A stretch of 63,458 nt of DNA, counting the filler, from Chiloscyllium plagiosum (lineage: Eukaryota), in the NCBI RefSeq assembly GCF_004010195.1. It is 5 parts of one record of this genome, joined end to end, with 100 filler letters (N's around TTAATTAATTAA, not from the genome) between each part and the next. Parts side by side here need not be neighbours in the genome. Positions count along the whole stretch, not along the records: positions 1 to 26,081 come from NC_057715.1; 4 more parts are not named here. One strand, written 5' to 3'. Under the pieces are notes generated by a model. It had not been told where the DNA came from, made no database searches, and saw nothing but the letters and a program-made list of their open reading frames with translations. Below, piece by piece: positions 1 to 12,561 of this stretch; the first letter of the stretch is position 1; each line of letters starts with the position of its first letter. Position numbers and translations under genes: made by a program.

Positions 1-127
1 GGATTAGAGCAGAGGGATTGGAGGGCTGCGCGTTGTGAGGGTGAGAGATTGGAGTGGGGGAGGGGGGTAGACAGGTTGAGGCGGTTAATGTCCCGGCGGC
101 AGTTGGAAATGAAGAGGTCGAGGGTTA
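1..127 (-). mobile_element. Penelope-like element ORF fragment (runs off window start)
   Basis: Nearly identical to 43097-43222; minus strand reads LDLFISNCRRDINR..., upstream of the PLE KPADKG motif. Confidence 0.8.
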
Positions 128-994
128 CTTCCATTATTTATTCTGTGTTGTATTTTCTTATGCACTATTGACACCTCCCTGTCTTTTTCAGCCTCTTGAA
201 AAAGTATTGTCTGTGGATGAATGTAAAGGGATAGCTGGGCCCTTAGAGGTGGAATTCCATCAAAAAGCCAGGAAAACAGAAATGTCAAAATGGATAGCAA
301 TAAAATCTCAAGGTGTTAACTCAGAAGAGTGAACCCATTTAGATAATGTTGGAACAGTTAAGATTAGAACTGGAATACCAGGAGAGAAAATGGAAAAGAG
401 AATTTCAGGAAAAAGGGAAAGAGGCAGGTAAGAGAAAAAAGAGAGAGGCAGGAAAAGGAAAAACAGAGCAAATTTCAGGAAAGGGAAAGAAAGGTTAAGT
501 AAAAACAGCTCGAGCTGTAAAGACAGAAGTTCACTGAAGGCAACATTGGCGAGGGAACAATATTTAACACAGAGTTAAGTATTCAAATTCACTGATTTAA
601 TCATTACGTTTGATGAGGAAGAGATGAATGCCTTTTCCGTCTCTTTTTGGCATGGTTAGCATAGTAGTTAAGATCGCCAGTCCAACAATGAATATCACAA
701 AAGTTCACAAGCTTTGCTGTCTCTTGGGCTGAGGAATGTGCCGCTGACTATGAGGAAGTGAGAGGGGTTGTTTTAAATGTGTACCCGGAGCCTGACCAGT
801 CATACCCTGAATTTGAACATTGTAAGCAGCTACCCTCTGACCAGAGAATGAGCACTTAAAATAGAGGCAAACTGTGGTGAGCTATGGAGGTCATTCTCCT
901 CAAGGAGTTCAAAAATGGAATACCTTTCTCAATCCAGATTTGGAAGCCCCATGAGCAGTAAAGCCCATGAAAGATTTACTGGATGAAGAAGGGT

Positions 995-1482
995 CATTTG
1001 CCTGGATGCATACAGCTCCAATAACATTCAAGAAGCTTGACACCATCCAGTGAAATGCAGTCCACTTGATTGACTCCACATTCACAGACATCCACTCCCT
1101 CCATTACTGATTCTCAGTAGCATCAGTGTGCACTTTCTACAAGATGCACTGCAGTAAATTGACCAAAGGCCCTTAGACAACATTTTCCAAACTCACGCTC
1201 ACTTCCAACTGGAAGGATAAGAACAACAGATACATCGAAACACCACCAAATGCACATTCCCCTGAAAGCCACTCACCATTCTTGAAATATATCACCGTTC
1301 CTTCTGTGTTACTGGATCAAAATCCTTCAGTTCTCTCCCTAAATGCATTCTGGGTCTACCTACAGCACATGGACCGCAGTGACTCAAGAAAGCAGTTCGC
1401 TGCCCCTTCTCAAGGGCATCTGAGGACAGTCAATAAATAATGACCCAGCCAGAGATGCCCACACCCCATGATTGAATGAAAA
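995..1482 (+). mobile_element. Old L2/CR1-superfamily LINE 3' end
   Basis: WMHTAPITFKKLDTIQ-like ORF2 C-terminal remnant; 3' tail gggca...caataaat...cccagcc...gcccacaccccatg-ttgaatgaaaaaa. Confidence 0.6.
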
Positions 1483-1599
1483 AATAGCAGGTGAGTTACT
1501 CAGTGCAGGATTCATTGCTCACCACCTAAACATAGCAAATCAAAAATGAATGATCAAAGGCTGAGAGAGAAAAAAAATCCTTTTGAAAACATTCATTCA

Positions 1600-2010
1600 T
1601 CAAATCCCTACAGTGTGGAAGCAGGCCATTCAGCCCATCCTGAAGATCATCCCACCCAGACCTACCCATTCACACTGCATTTCCCATGACTAATCCATTT
1701 AATCTACACATCCCTGGACACTATGGGCAACATAGCATGGTCAGTTCACCCAGCCTGCATGTGTTTAAACTGTGGGAAGAAAGAGTTGAGAGTGTGGTGT
1801 TGGAAAATCACAGCCAGTCTGGCAGAGTCTGAGGAGCAGAAGAATTGGCATTTTGTGCTTTAGTCAGGGGAGCACCTCAAGGAAACCCACACAGACACAG
1901 GGAGAATGTACAAACTCCACACAGACAGACCCCCTAGGGCGGAAATATACCTGGGTCCCTGATGCTAAGAGGCAGCGGTGCTAACCATTGAGTCACTGTG
2001 CTACCCTTGG
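1600..2010 (-). mobile_element. HE1-type tRNA-derived SINE with nested PLE fragment
   Basis: Reverse complement of head (gtggctcaatggttagcac) at ~1940-2007; body matches the other copies; interrupted at ~1783-1862. Confidence 0.85.
1783..1862 (-). mobile_element. PLE pseudo-LTR (pLTR) fragment inside SINE
   Basis: gagagtgtggtgttggaaaatcacagc... matches pLTR ends at 46230 and 51110. Confidence 0.7.
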
Positions 2011-2962
2011 CAATATAAACTTCTATTGCTCATTAACAAAACAATACAATACATTATTTATTCATTTAGAATTAAAAGCTTTAAGAAGAGCAGAAATTGC
2101 TTGGCCAATTTATTCATTCAACTCCCACAGGCATTGCTTACGGTCATTTAAGACTCAGCATATTAATTAATTAATTGATGTGCTAACTCTACTAATTAAG
2201 CCAAATCAAATGTTATATTCTAATAGAAAGCCAGATTAATTACAATTCAAACTATGGTAAATCATAACGTGTACAGAACATATGTCATTCAAGAACAGGG
2301 GTTAATTATAGTAAGTTAATTCAGAAGATATAACTTTAGGTTATTGCAGCTAATCTTCCACATTTTTAATCTAACTTTTGCTACTAATGAAAAATAATGG
2401 AAACCTAAGCTGAAAAATTTCATTGTTCTTAAGGTACAGAGGATAGGATACAAAAATAGTTGGAATAATCGAGAACTTCAAGCTGCAGGGCAAGGTTTAA
2501 AAGTATAAGTATTTTTTGGAAAGGATAGAATTTAGAGTAGAAGTTGTGAGGGTGCACTGCAGGTGTTGATGACACACCAGATGTGGGCATGGGGTGCACG
2601 ACCAGGGTTACCATACTGGAGCCCGAATTCCCAATCGGTTCCCACTGAAAAGGTTCCACACCAGCAGTTGACTCATAACCTCAAGCTAACCGAGTCAGTT
2701 TTCATGCCCGTGAGTAGGTTTGGCACTGGTGACATTAACAAACTGTTTAAATATTTACGTGGCATCATGTTGTCAAAATGTTTCAAAGTACTTCACACAA
2801 TGAATCCTGTGAAGAATTCATACAATACAACACAATTCCTGTACTGTGAAGGGGCTTTCTGTCAGGAAAGATTTGGGAGGTGCAAACTAAAAGGAAGAAA
2901 TTCTAGAGTTTAGAAAAAAAGAACTTTCAAATAAAGGACTGAAAGTTGTGGTGAAAGTTACC

Positions 2963-3783
2963 ATGAAAATCCATTTAAACAAAACATATATTTGGATCAT
3001 AGAAAGAATATTGTTGTTTTGTGGAGTTAAATTGAACTGAAGAATATGGTTACATAACATGGAGTGAAGCTGATAAAGTAAAACAATGTGTTTTTTAACC
3101 TAATTATTGCTCAGTAACTCTCAGGCACTTGCAATCTATAGCTCACAAATATTTTTGCAAAACAATTTTTTATAAAGTTAAACACCAAAATTTATAATTC
3201 TGTATTGTCTATTGTGCAATGAAAACCTGAAGTGTTTTCTGAGAGACGACGTAGACACTTAATAGCTGAGGAGATGTCGAGAGTGTTCAAAAGAACATGA
3301 AATATATATAAAAACCAAATGAACTGTGGATGCTGTAAATTAGAAACAGAAACAGAGATTGCTGGAAAATCTCAGCAGGTCTGGAAGCATCTGTGAAGAG
3401 AAATCAGAGTTAATGTTTCGGGTCCAGTGACCCCTCCTCAGAATTCATGAACACTATATGCTTTACATTGCTTCTAGAAGTGATGAGAAAGATAGCAGTC
3501 CAAAACAATTCAGGAAGGGAATCTTGAATAAACAAGTAATTAATGGTCTTGCCAGATGTAGAAGGGAGCTGTGGGAAGAGGGGTAATATGGAGTAAAACT
3601 CCATGAAAGGATTAGAAATGGAAAGTTTGAAATACTCAAGGGCCACTGAACAACAATTAGGTCAAAAAGTACTTTATCAGCTTCAACTCATTGCAACCAT
3701 ATTTTTCAGTACAATTTAACTCCACAAAACAATAATATTACTTCTACAATCCAAATAAATGCTATATTTTAATTAATTTTCAT
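2963..3783. repeat. Long imperfect inverted repeat (arms ~2963-3124 and ~3635-3783)
   Basis: ttgttttgtggagttaaattgaactgaagaatatggtt...gaagctgataaagta is the reverse complement of tactttatcagcttc...aaccatatttttcagtacaatttaactccacaaaacaa. Confidence 0.85.
3310..3445 (-). mobile_element. PLE pLTR with minimal hammerhead motif
   Basis: Reverse complement of 3409-3444 = att CTGAGGA ggggtcactggaccc GAAA ca TT aac; same family as 9243, 25384, 41568. Confidence 0.8.
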
Positions 3784-3894
3784 AAGATAGCCAGTGAATG
3801 ATGACCAAAAGGATAAAAGGTACAAGGGCAAATAGAGGTAGGCAGGACATTGGCTGACAATGTTGTGGAGCTAGAAGTAGGCAGTCTTAGAGAT

Positions 3895-4525
3895 TTCCAT
3901 ATCCGCCACAGATTCACCTGCACCTCCACGCATATCATCTATTGCATCCTCTGCACCCGATGTGGCCTCCTCTATATTGGGGAGACAGGCCGGCTACTTG
4001 CGGAGCGTTTCAGAGAACACCTCTGGGACACCCGGACCAACCAACCCAACCACCCTGTAGCTCAACATTTCAATTCCCCCTCCCACTCCACCAAGGATAT
4101 GCAGGTCTTTGGACTCCTCCATCGTCAGACCACAACAAAACGACGGTTGGAGGAAGAACGCCTCATCTTCCGGCTAGGAACCCTCCAACCACAAGGGATG
4201 AACTCGGATTTCACCAGTTTCCTCATTTCCCCTCCCCCCACCCTGTCTCAGTCAAATCCATCAAATTCAGCACCGCCTTCCTAACCTGAGATCTTCTTCC
4301 CGACCTCTCCGCCCCCACCCCAGTCTGACCTATCACCCTCACCTTGACCTCTTTCCACCTATCACATTTCCGACGCCCCTCTCCCAAGTCCCTCCTCCCT
4401 ACCTTTTATCTTAGCCTGCTGGACAAACTTTCCCCATTCCTGAAGAAGGGCTTATGCCCGAAACGTCGATTCTCCTGTTCCCTGGATGCTGCCTGACCTG
4501 CTGCGCTTTTCCAGCAACACATTTC
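3895..4525 (+). mobile_element. 5'-truncated Neptune-type PLE (GIY-YIG endonuclease + pLTR)
   Basis: Open frame FTCTSTHIIYCILCTRCGLLYIGETGRLLAERFREH...LGTLQPQGMN; 13-bp TSD cagtcttagagat at 3882-3894 and 4526-4538. Confidence 0.95.
4437..4470 (+). ncRNA. Minimal hammerhead ribozyme motif in PLE pLTR
   Basis: CTGAAGA a gggc ttat gccc GAAA cg TC: intact core boxes and 4-bp stem II; stem I is weak. Confidence 0.7.
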
Positions 4526-5999
4526 CAGTCTTAGAGATAGGTCAAATGTACAGTGTTTAATGTTTCCCTCTAGAAAAAAATCCAGATTTTATGTTAATGT
4601 GTAGTATTATGTTAAGCATTATGCTAATGGTACTCTTGCAACTAATATTTGGATTTAGTTTCTAAAGGATTTGAGATGGAGAAAGGTTTGGTATGGCTCC
4701 ATAGTTGCTGGTACATTTTAGCTGAAAATCTTTTAAGTTCACCCAGAACATTGACTGAATTTTCCACTGACCAGACAGTCACTGTTCCAGTGTAGATGGG
4801 AGGTGTGCATGGTGGAATCCTTGTGGAAGCAGACCCCAAAGGAATTGTCTGGGAAATTGAATTTGCTGCTGGGCAAATCCTCTACATTGGAATCCTCTGA
4901 AGGTCTCCATTTAAACTGCACACTTCGGATGTTTCCAATGAAACTGAGTTAAGTAATTACTCAGGAAAAGTTAGCTTTGGAAGTACATGTTCAAAGTCCT
5001 GAGTAACTATTTAACAGACTGAATACATACTTCACATCCCCCAACTCCCCCAAACCACTTACACCCCCAAATGCTGATCCAAAGCTTCCACCTTCCGAGA
5101 CACATTATCTGTCAGCAGCTGTCAAAGTGATTGTTAAGACCTTTAAATGTCAAAATATAGCAGCTGACTATTGTGAAAAGGGGGCATAATTTGCTTTCCC
5201 CCAACAGTTCTAAGCTACAAAGTAACTGTTAGAATGGAAGTATGGCTCTGCATTTCTGTTGGAGCTTTAAGTGGGACAACCTCTCAGAAAGTCAGAACTC
5301 TCTTCTTTTGTATGAATCTGCATGACATTGCCACTCTGCAGCAAATCTAGCCCAATGTGTCAAAACCAGAGAGAAGCAGAATGGAATTAGTGATGGAATC
5401 TGGGCTGACATTAAATCACAGAATGGTTAAGGTACAGAAGAAAGTCATTCAGTCCGTCACGACTGCATTGGTTAAGGGTGAGAAATATGCATCTTGTAAA
5501 ATGACAGACTATTGTTATAAATTGACCATAAGTTTAAAAAAGTAAAACAAATACAGGTAGAAATATTTCTGTAATTTTTCAAAAAATGAACAATGAAGTC
5601 TTCAGTTCTGAAGAGAAATTATATTAGGCCTGGAGTATTAACCTTGTTTCTTCCTTTATAGATGTTCCAAAACCTGCTGTATTTCTCCCAAAATTTCAGT
5701 TGTTACTTAACAACATCTTCAGTTGAGGCCTAGAGCCCAACAGACCATTAAGCCACCCTAAAAACAACAATCAACCATGTTTCAAATCTGGATTAAGTCT
5801 TTTAGTAAACAGTACAATCAGTGCTGCATTGAATCGTTCATATGCTGGGATGTATATTCTCTTATAACATTATCGGGACATTGCTTGAAATGTTTTGAAT
5901 GAGGGTAAGGTTAATGGGAAGATAATGCTGATTATTGTATATGGATCAGTCAATGAGGCCTTTGAGCACTGGGGATATATGGAATTTTCTTTACCTTCC

Positions 6000-6165
6000 A
6001 GGTCAATCTTGGAGTGTTTAAATAATTTAGATAGGTTCTTGAGTATCAAGAGAATCAAGGGTTGAGGAGAGAAAGCCGGAGAAGGTGTTGAGAAGCTTAT
6101 CAGCTATGGCGGAGAAGACCTGATGGGCTAAATGGCCTAATTCCTGCCCCTTTTACTTATAGTCT
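6000..6165 (+). mobile_element. CR1 LINE 3' end fragment
   Basis: gataggttcttgagt...aaggg...tcagctatgg...gatgggctaaatggcctaattcctg tail. Confidence 0.7.
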
Positions 6166-6339
6166 TACAGCCTAATTTGGCTACAAAAAGGGAAGAAATA
6201 GTATCCTTTGATGCAATTTGAACAAAATTCCACAGTAAAGACTGAGGTTGGTCAAAGACCATTTCAATTTAATAATAGCAACAGTAGCTGTTCTACCAAA
6301 GAGACACTTCAAGGCACTGGAGCAGTCCCAGCAATGCCG

Positions 6340-6855
6340 TCTGCACAAGATCCTGATGCTGCCTGCCCTGAATCCTCAACCAGGCCAACATCCCCAGCAC
6401 TGAGGCACTGATCACTCTTGATCAGCTGTGATGGGCTTGGCACATCATCCACGAGATTCCCCAAGCACATGCCTTACTCCCAGCTCCGAAACGGCAGGCG
6501 AGTCCCAGGTGGACAGAGGAAGTGCTTCAGGAATATCCTCAAGGCCTCACTGGGGAAGTGCAGCATTCTCACAGACACCTGGGAATCACTGGCCTGAGAC
6601 CATCCAAGGTGGAGGAGGAGCATCTGGGATGATGTCAAGCATCTCAAGACTTGCCGTTAGGAAAAATTGGAAGCCAAGCAAAAATAGGGAAAGGACCGTG
6701 CTGCCACACCAATATCACACCCACCCCATCCTGTGGCCAGCACCTGCCCCAAGTGTAACAGAGCTTACAATAGCCACATTGGACTGTACAGCCACATACG
6801 GACTCATCCTGAGAGTGGAAGAGAGTCATCCTCATCTGCGAGGAACCACCAAAGA
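6340..6855 (+). mobile_element. RTE-clade LINE 3' fragment
   Basis: QL*WAWH...YSQLRNGRRVPGGQRKCFRNILKASL...WESLA*DHPRWR and a terminal C2H2-like CPKCNRAYNSHIGLYSHIRTH. Confidence 0.8.
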
Positions 6856-8089
6856 TGGCTACTAACTGTGGCTATTACAATAGGAATCTGGTTTGCATTG
6901 GTTTAAGAAAACAATTTGATAGTGGACTAAATATAGTTGTTGAGCAGATTATAGATTAAAGGCTAATGTTATGGAAGTAGCAAGGAAAAACAAAAGGACT
7001 GGGGGGTCACAAAATACTTGAGGCATTATGAAATATGAAATTAGAAAGGTTGGAGGTAGACAAAGGAATTGGGATCATGAAAAAGTTGTCAAGGTGGCTG
7101 GAATAGATTCATCAGTAACTCTGACCTTAGAATTGGTGAGGCATATTGTGACAGTAATAAGAGAATGGCCAATGTTATGATTGGGGACATTGCGTAAGGG
7201 CTGGTGTGAGCAAAAATCCAATGAAGGATGTAACAATATTTAGCAAGAGGTCAACAGCAGAGGATGAAGAGTGTTTACTGCTGGTGTAAGGTAAGGATAG
7301 ATAGTTTAAGGTTTTGATGACTTGGAAACTTGGCATCTTTTCGCTCCTTGAAACAAACCAGTATGCAAAGTCTGTGTGGCCTTATAACTTTTGTACAATA
7401 TGTTTGAATCAAAACCACAGCAAATGTAATCGTTCATGAAAATCTCAGATCTGAGCAAAATGTTCACACAGTAAGTAGAGGAGACAGTGTAAAATACTGG
7501 AAAATCACCTGTATTACTAATGAAAAAGGACAGACTGATGAGAAAAATAGCTTTGAAATGTCAAGTGTTTGTGCCAGCTAAAATAGATATAAGGAAAATT
7601 ATTTCAAATCTGCTGAGATATTTACAAGTCTCCCTATGTAAATGTGTTGATATTTACACAATATGCATGAGCAGCTCAGAAATGCAAACTTTCAGAGACT
7701 CATGTTCTCTGCCATTTCCTTATCATTGATTAACAATTCACAAATTCACTCTCGAGAGAATAACACTAGCTTTAGAGGCTCTTTTCCTATTTAAATACCT
7801 GCAGCGACTCTTACAATCTGTTTTTATGTTACTAATTAGCTATCTCTCATATTCTAATTTCTTCCTCTTTATTCCCCTTTAGTCATTCTTTTGTGGTTCT
7901 TAAAACCTGTCAAATCTTCAGATGCACTCTAACCTTTGTAGAATTTGTACAGTCTTCTTTTCAATATGATTCTCAGCTTAATTTCCTCATTTAGCCCTGA
8001 GTGACATATCTGTCTTGAAGAATCTTTGGGAGATATACTTGCTGGGAATCCTTAAATGTCTATCACAGCATTTCTGCTGTCTTATCTTC

Positions 8090-8806
8090 GAGGCAAAAGT
8101 GGATACTGCAGATACTTGAGATTAGAGTCAAGATTAGAGTAGTGCTGGAAAAGCATAGCAGGGCAGGCAGCATCAGGGAACAGCAAAATCGCTGTTTCGG
8201 GCAAAAGCCCTTCATTGGGAATGAAGCTGGGAGCCTTGGGGATGGAGAGATAAATGGGAGGGTGTGTGGGACTGGGGAAGGTAGCTGAGAGTGGAAGAGG
8301 TGGATGGAGGTGAGTGCTTCAGAGAACATCTGCAGGACACCAGCACCAATCAACCCCACCGCCCCATGACCAAACATTTCAAGTCCCCCTCCCACTCTGC
8401 TGAGGACATGCAGGTCCTGGGTCTCCTCCTTCACCACTCCCTTCCCACCTGACACCTGGAGGAAGTTCGCCTCAAATTCCACCTGTGAACCTTTCAACCC
8501 CATGGCATCAATGTGGACTTCACCAGTTTCCTCATTCCCCCTTCCCCCACTTTACCCCAGTTCCAACCTTCCAGCTCCACGCCATCCTCATGACCTGTCC
8601 TATTTGTCACTCTTCTTTCAGACCTATCCGCTCCACCCTCCTCTCTGACCTATCACCTTTACCCCACCTCCATCCAACTATTGCACTCTCAGCTACCATC
8701 TCCTCAGCCTCACCCCCCTTCCATTTATCTCTCCACCCCCAAAGCTTCCAGTCTCATTCCTCATGAAGGGCTTTTGCCCGAAATGTCGATTTTCCTGCTC
8801 TTCGGA
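8090..8806 (+). mobile_element. Truncated PLE with inverted upstream pLTR
   Basis: Minus-strand pLTR 8090-8312 joined to plus-strand GIY-YIG remnant and pLTR; 15-bp TSD tgctgtcttatcttc at 8075-8089 and 8807-8821. Confidence 0.9.
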
Positions 8807-9200
8807 TGCTGTCTTATCTTCTAACCTAGTTTACCAGTATTCTTTACCCAAGTCAGGTTTCAGATCACTATAGTTACCTTTATTTACACTTAAGTGCTGG
8901 TCTAAAAACCAAACTTCACATCAAATTGAACGTGAAACTCAGTAATGAGGATTGTGTCTCAGAGGACGTGACTCTGGAAGGGTTTGTGCCCTGGTTAGCA
9001 ATAAGAGTTGCTGACCTAAGAGTCTATTCTTGACACACTCGCGTACTATCATTGCATCATCTAATTTCAATTGTTGTATTAGTTTTAGATTTTCTATTTG
9101 GGCAAAAGACTGGTAGAGTGCAGTATTGCACCCATAACAAGAATGCAATCTAAGCTCTTTGCAAATTAATTGGTTAGGGTAGTTTTGAAGACTTTCTTAA

Positions 9201-9430
9201 ATAAAAACTGAAAGAACTGCAGTTGCTGGAAATCAGAAACAAAAACAGAAATTGCTGGAAAAGCTCAGCAGGTCTGGCAGCATCCTGGAGAGAAATGAGA
9301 CTTTATGTTTTGGACTCAGTGACCCTTCATATGAACTGTTCTAAAGAAGGGCCACTGACCTGAAATGTTAACTCTGATTTCTCTCCAAAGATGCTGCCAG
9401 ACCTGCTGAGCATTTCCAACAATTTTTGTT
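9201..9430. mobile_element. Fold-back PLE derivative (two inverted pLTRs)
   Basis: Arms ~9243-9335 and ~9337-9430 are reverse complements; decayed hammerhead motif in each arm. Confidence 0.85.
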
Positions 9431-11799
9431 GATGATTTTCTTGTCTTGGTCAGGTATCTCGCATGGGAGCAGCTGGATGCTGGGTTGTCTTAGGTACTGG
9501 TCACATTGCCACATGGTCAGTGAGTAGCGAGTGACCTCAGGATGGTCTCAGGTGCTTGCCACTCTGCGCACTGTCACTTATTACCCTACAATAACAAGTG
9601 TCAATATTCTAATCTTGAAGAAGCTCAATAAGTAATTGCGGCAGTAAGAGAGTCACTGAGAGAAGTGAGATCACTGGGAGTCAACCATTGGAATCCTGAG
9701 ACCTGGAGGGGTAGACCGAGAGCTACATTTTTACTTGGGCAGCTGCTGCTTGCCAGGATTAGGAGGCGAGAGGACTTGTGGATCGGAGGGAGGCTGCAGG
9801 ACAAGGGACTGGGTGTTACACACTGGCAGAGCAAGAGAGTTGGAACGAAGAGAAGGCATTGAGGGCTTAAGGGAAAAAGTAGGAGGCTTCAAAGACAGTG
9901 AAGAGGCTGAAAGGGGGACAGAGAGGCTGCAAAGAAGTGAGAGTATTTTCACGTTTCATTAGATGAACACTCACCTAACATGGAGGTGGGAAGCTCAAAA
10001 TCACTCTGGTAATGAATTACTTCCAAAACTTAATGTGAAATCTTGAGCTAAATGCTGCATAGTTTGAGAGATAATTCATGCAAACATGCACTGGATGCTG
10101 CTGTAATGAATTCAGTGCCAAATGCCGATTACCAGACCAAAGGGCCGTCCTCTCATTACAGAGAGATGGTGAGTGGTGGTGGTTCAAGCTGAGGGTCACC
10201 ACACCTCAACTGAGAGGAAAGGCTGAGAAATTGAGGACTCTGGGAAAGGCCGTTTATCATGTGCTGTCAGTCCACAACTGTTTTTATAGAGCACCTCCCT
10301 TAGTCTCAGCAACATGCACATTTCATTGCCCAATGGGCCCCCTTCACTTGATGTTGGTAGCACAACATCAGATTAAGGCTTTCATCCATAGCAGACTGCA
10401 GGGGAGTTGGCAGCCTGTTAGTGGAGCTCCATATCAGCTGGTGCCAGTGCTGCCCTGCCATGAATGTAGACCTCAATACAGATTTGTTTGGATTGAGAAT
10501 GGGCTTGATCATATCATGAGGGTAGAAACTCTACTTAATACTGTATACTTCAGCAAGAGTGAACATGGAGATGCTCTGGTCCAGATGTCCACCAATACAA
10601 GCAAACAGGCTTGATTCAGAAAGACAAGGGATTATCTCTTTATTAGACAGTCACTTCACTTTTTAAAAAGTGACTTGGAAGCCAGATTAACCGATATACA
10701 AGATCTTATCGGGTGACTTTTCAATGGGACAGAAGAAGACATGTATCCAAGAGGATCTTCAGGGAGAATGGGGAAATGAAATTCACTAAGAAGTAGAAAT
10801 GAGAATAAGACAAAACAAAAACTTAAGTAATTTAGCTGAAGTCATCACGCACGATAGAACAGAAAAATTGAGTTCAGATCTTCAGGTCTGTGTAGCTCCA
10901 TGGGTTATATATTCAGTAATAGAATTCATTATACTCAGAGGACAAAGAAGCAATATCATGTATAGTGATAAAATATTACTTTGAGCACACATTCCGGAGA
11001 GCAGAGCAGCGTTTTAAATTTCAGAAATACCAGACTTACTCCCAGTGGGAAGAATGACAGAGATGTAAGGGATGTGAAACCATATGTGTCCTCAAATACT
11101 CACGACCCTTGAGTGGAATCAGACAGCAGATATCAATTGTGTGCTGAGTACAGACTAACAAAGGAGTTTGATCTGCTATTTCCTTTCTACCCTGCACTCA
11201 ATTATAATTCATAGTCCTTGCCACTCCATCCAGTTCGAGAATATTAGATATCAGAGGTAGTAACCTGTGAACAATAATGAAACAATCAAAAGAAAAAGCT
11301 GTAGTCTCACAGCACAAATTCAGTACTGTAGCAACACAAGAAAACATTTCAGTAAAGCTATATCCAATCGTACATTCTTCCATATTAAGTCAGCAGATTT
11401 CAGGCACTAATCCTCTACACATTGGGCTGCAATTTAAAAATAGAAGTATTTTTCTAAGGTCAAAAATTACAACCATTTTGTCCTACTGCATCAGGTTCTA
11501 ACTATAATGATTATAGAATACACCCATTTATCATATTTCCATTTCAGCAGAGTTGAAGCTATTGTCACAAAAATGTATTATTCACCACTGGAAATTCAGT
11601 GAGGTCCAGCATTCTTGTTGGAGATTAACTGAAATAAGGGTGATAAATGTGGTAGAATATAAACAAGTGTTTGGTTATCACATACTTAGAACACATTGTG
11701 CTTTGACTGAAAATAATTGCCACAATCAGGTGTGGTTTCACTTTGAAAACTTTTGCACCATTGGCAATGAGAGAATAATATTTTCCCAAGATGGATCAT

Positions 11800-12310
11800 C
11801 ATAAAATCATAAAGTGACTGAATCCGTCCCATAACAGAGAGGCCATTCAATCTGTAACTCCTGCACAATTCAACTATTTATTGAATATACTTTTGAACAA
11901 TATTGAATCTACTGCTACCATTCTTTCAGGCTTGCATTCTAGATTTATAGCTGCTCACTATATAAGACGTATTTTTCTCCTGTCATATTTTGTCTTTTGC
12001 GCCAGTTACCTTAAAACTGTGCTCATTGGTTATGGAACTGAAACAGTTTCTCCTCATTTACTCCACCAAAATTGCTCGTGATTTTGAACACCTCCAGAAT
12101 ATTTATTCACGTGATTCTCAGTGTTCTAAGGAAAACAACACCAGCTCCTTTGATTCGTCAACAAGTGGTGCCATTCTAATACATCTTCTCGTCACTCTAT
12201 TTGAAGTCTTGACATCCTTCCCAAATGCAGTACTGAGAACTTGATACAATACTCCTGCCTGGGCTTATTATTTATAGATGTTAAACTCAAGTTACTTGTT
12301 TTCCAACCTA
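11800..12310 (-). mobile_element. Highly decayed CR1 3' fragment
   Basis: aaaatcata...gaggccattca..., aaggaaaacaacaccagct..., cagtactgag...caatactcc resemble CR1 reverse complement. Confidence 0.5.
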
Positions 12311-12479
12311 TGGACAAAATCATGCCATTTGTAGCAGAGATTAGCAGAAGAAACCTCTTCCCTCTTGGCATCTGAAAGTCTGTTGGGTCTTCTGGCAATG
12401 GAGCACCTCCATTGGTCACCAGTGGTTTTTCGATCAGAATTAGAGTCCTAGTTGAGGAGGTCCTACTTGTTTAGAGCTA

Positions 12480-12561
12480 CTGCCCAATCATAGGCCAGCC
12501 TCTCTGGATCTCAGCAGCACCTGCCCAATCATAGGCCAGCCTCTCTGGATCTCAGCAGCAC
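12480..12561. repeat. Perfect 41-bp tandem duplication
   Basis: ctgcccaatcataggccagcctctctggatctcagcagcac occurs twice in tandem. Confidence 0.95.

Noticed and set aside
2163..2174. TTAATTAATTAA outside any gap
   Set aside because: It lies in TAAT-rich sequence with no flanking Ns and is probably natural; nothing further can be inferred.
2429..2913. Overlapping ORFs with a GTGAGT donor-like site at 2710
   Set aside because: No polypyrimidine acceptor and no recognisable protein.
3850..4284. Possible domesticated GIY-YIG nuclease gene
   Set aside because: The homologous part is bounded by a TSD and followed by a pLTR, so it is a young truncated PLE; the ORF start lies in flanking DNA.
10078..10614. 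178-aa ORF
   Set aside because: No recognisable domain or splice context; its start overlaps a repeat-like segment.
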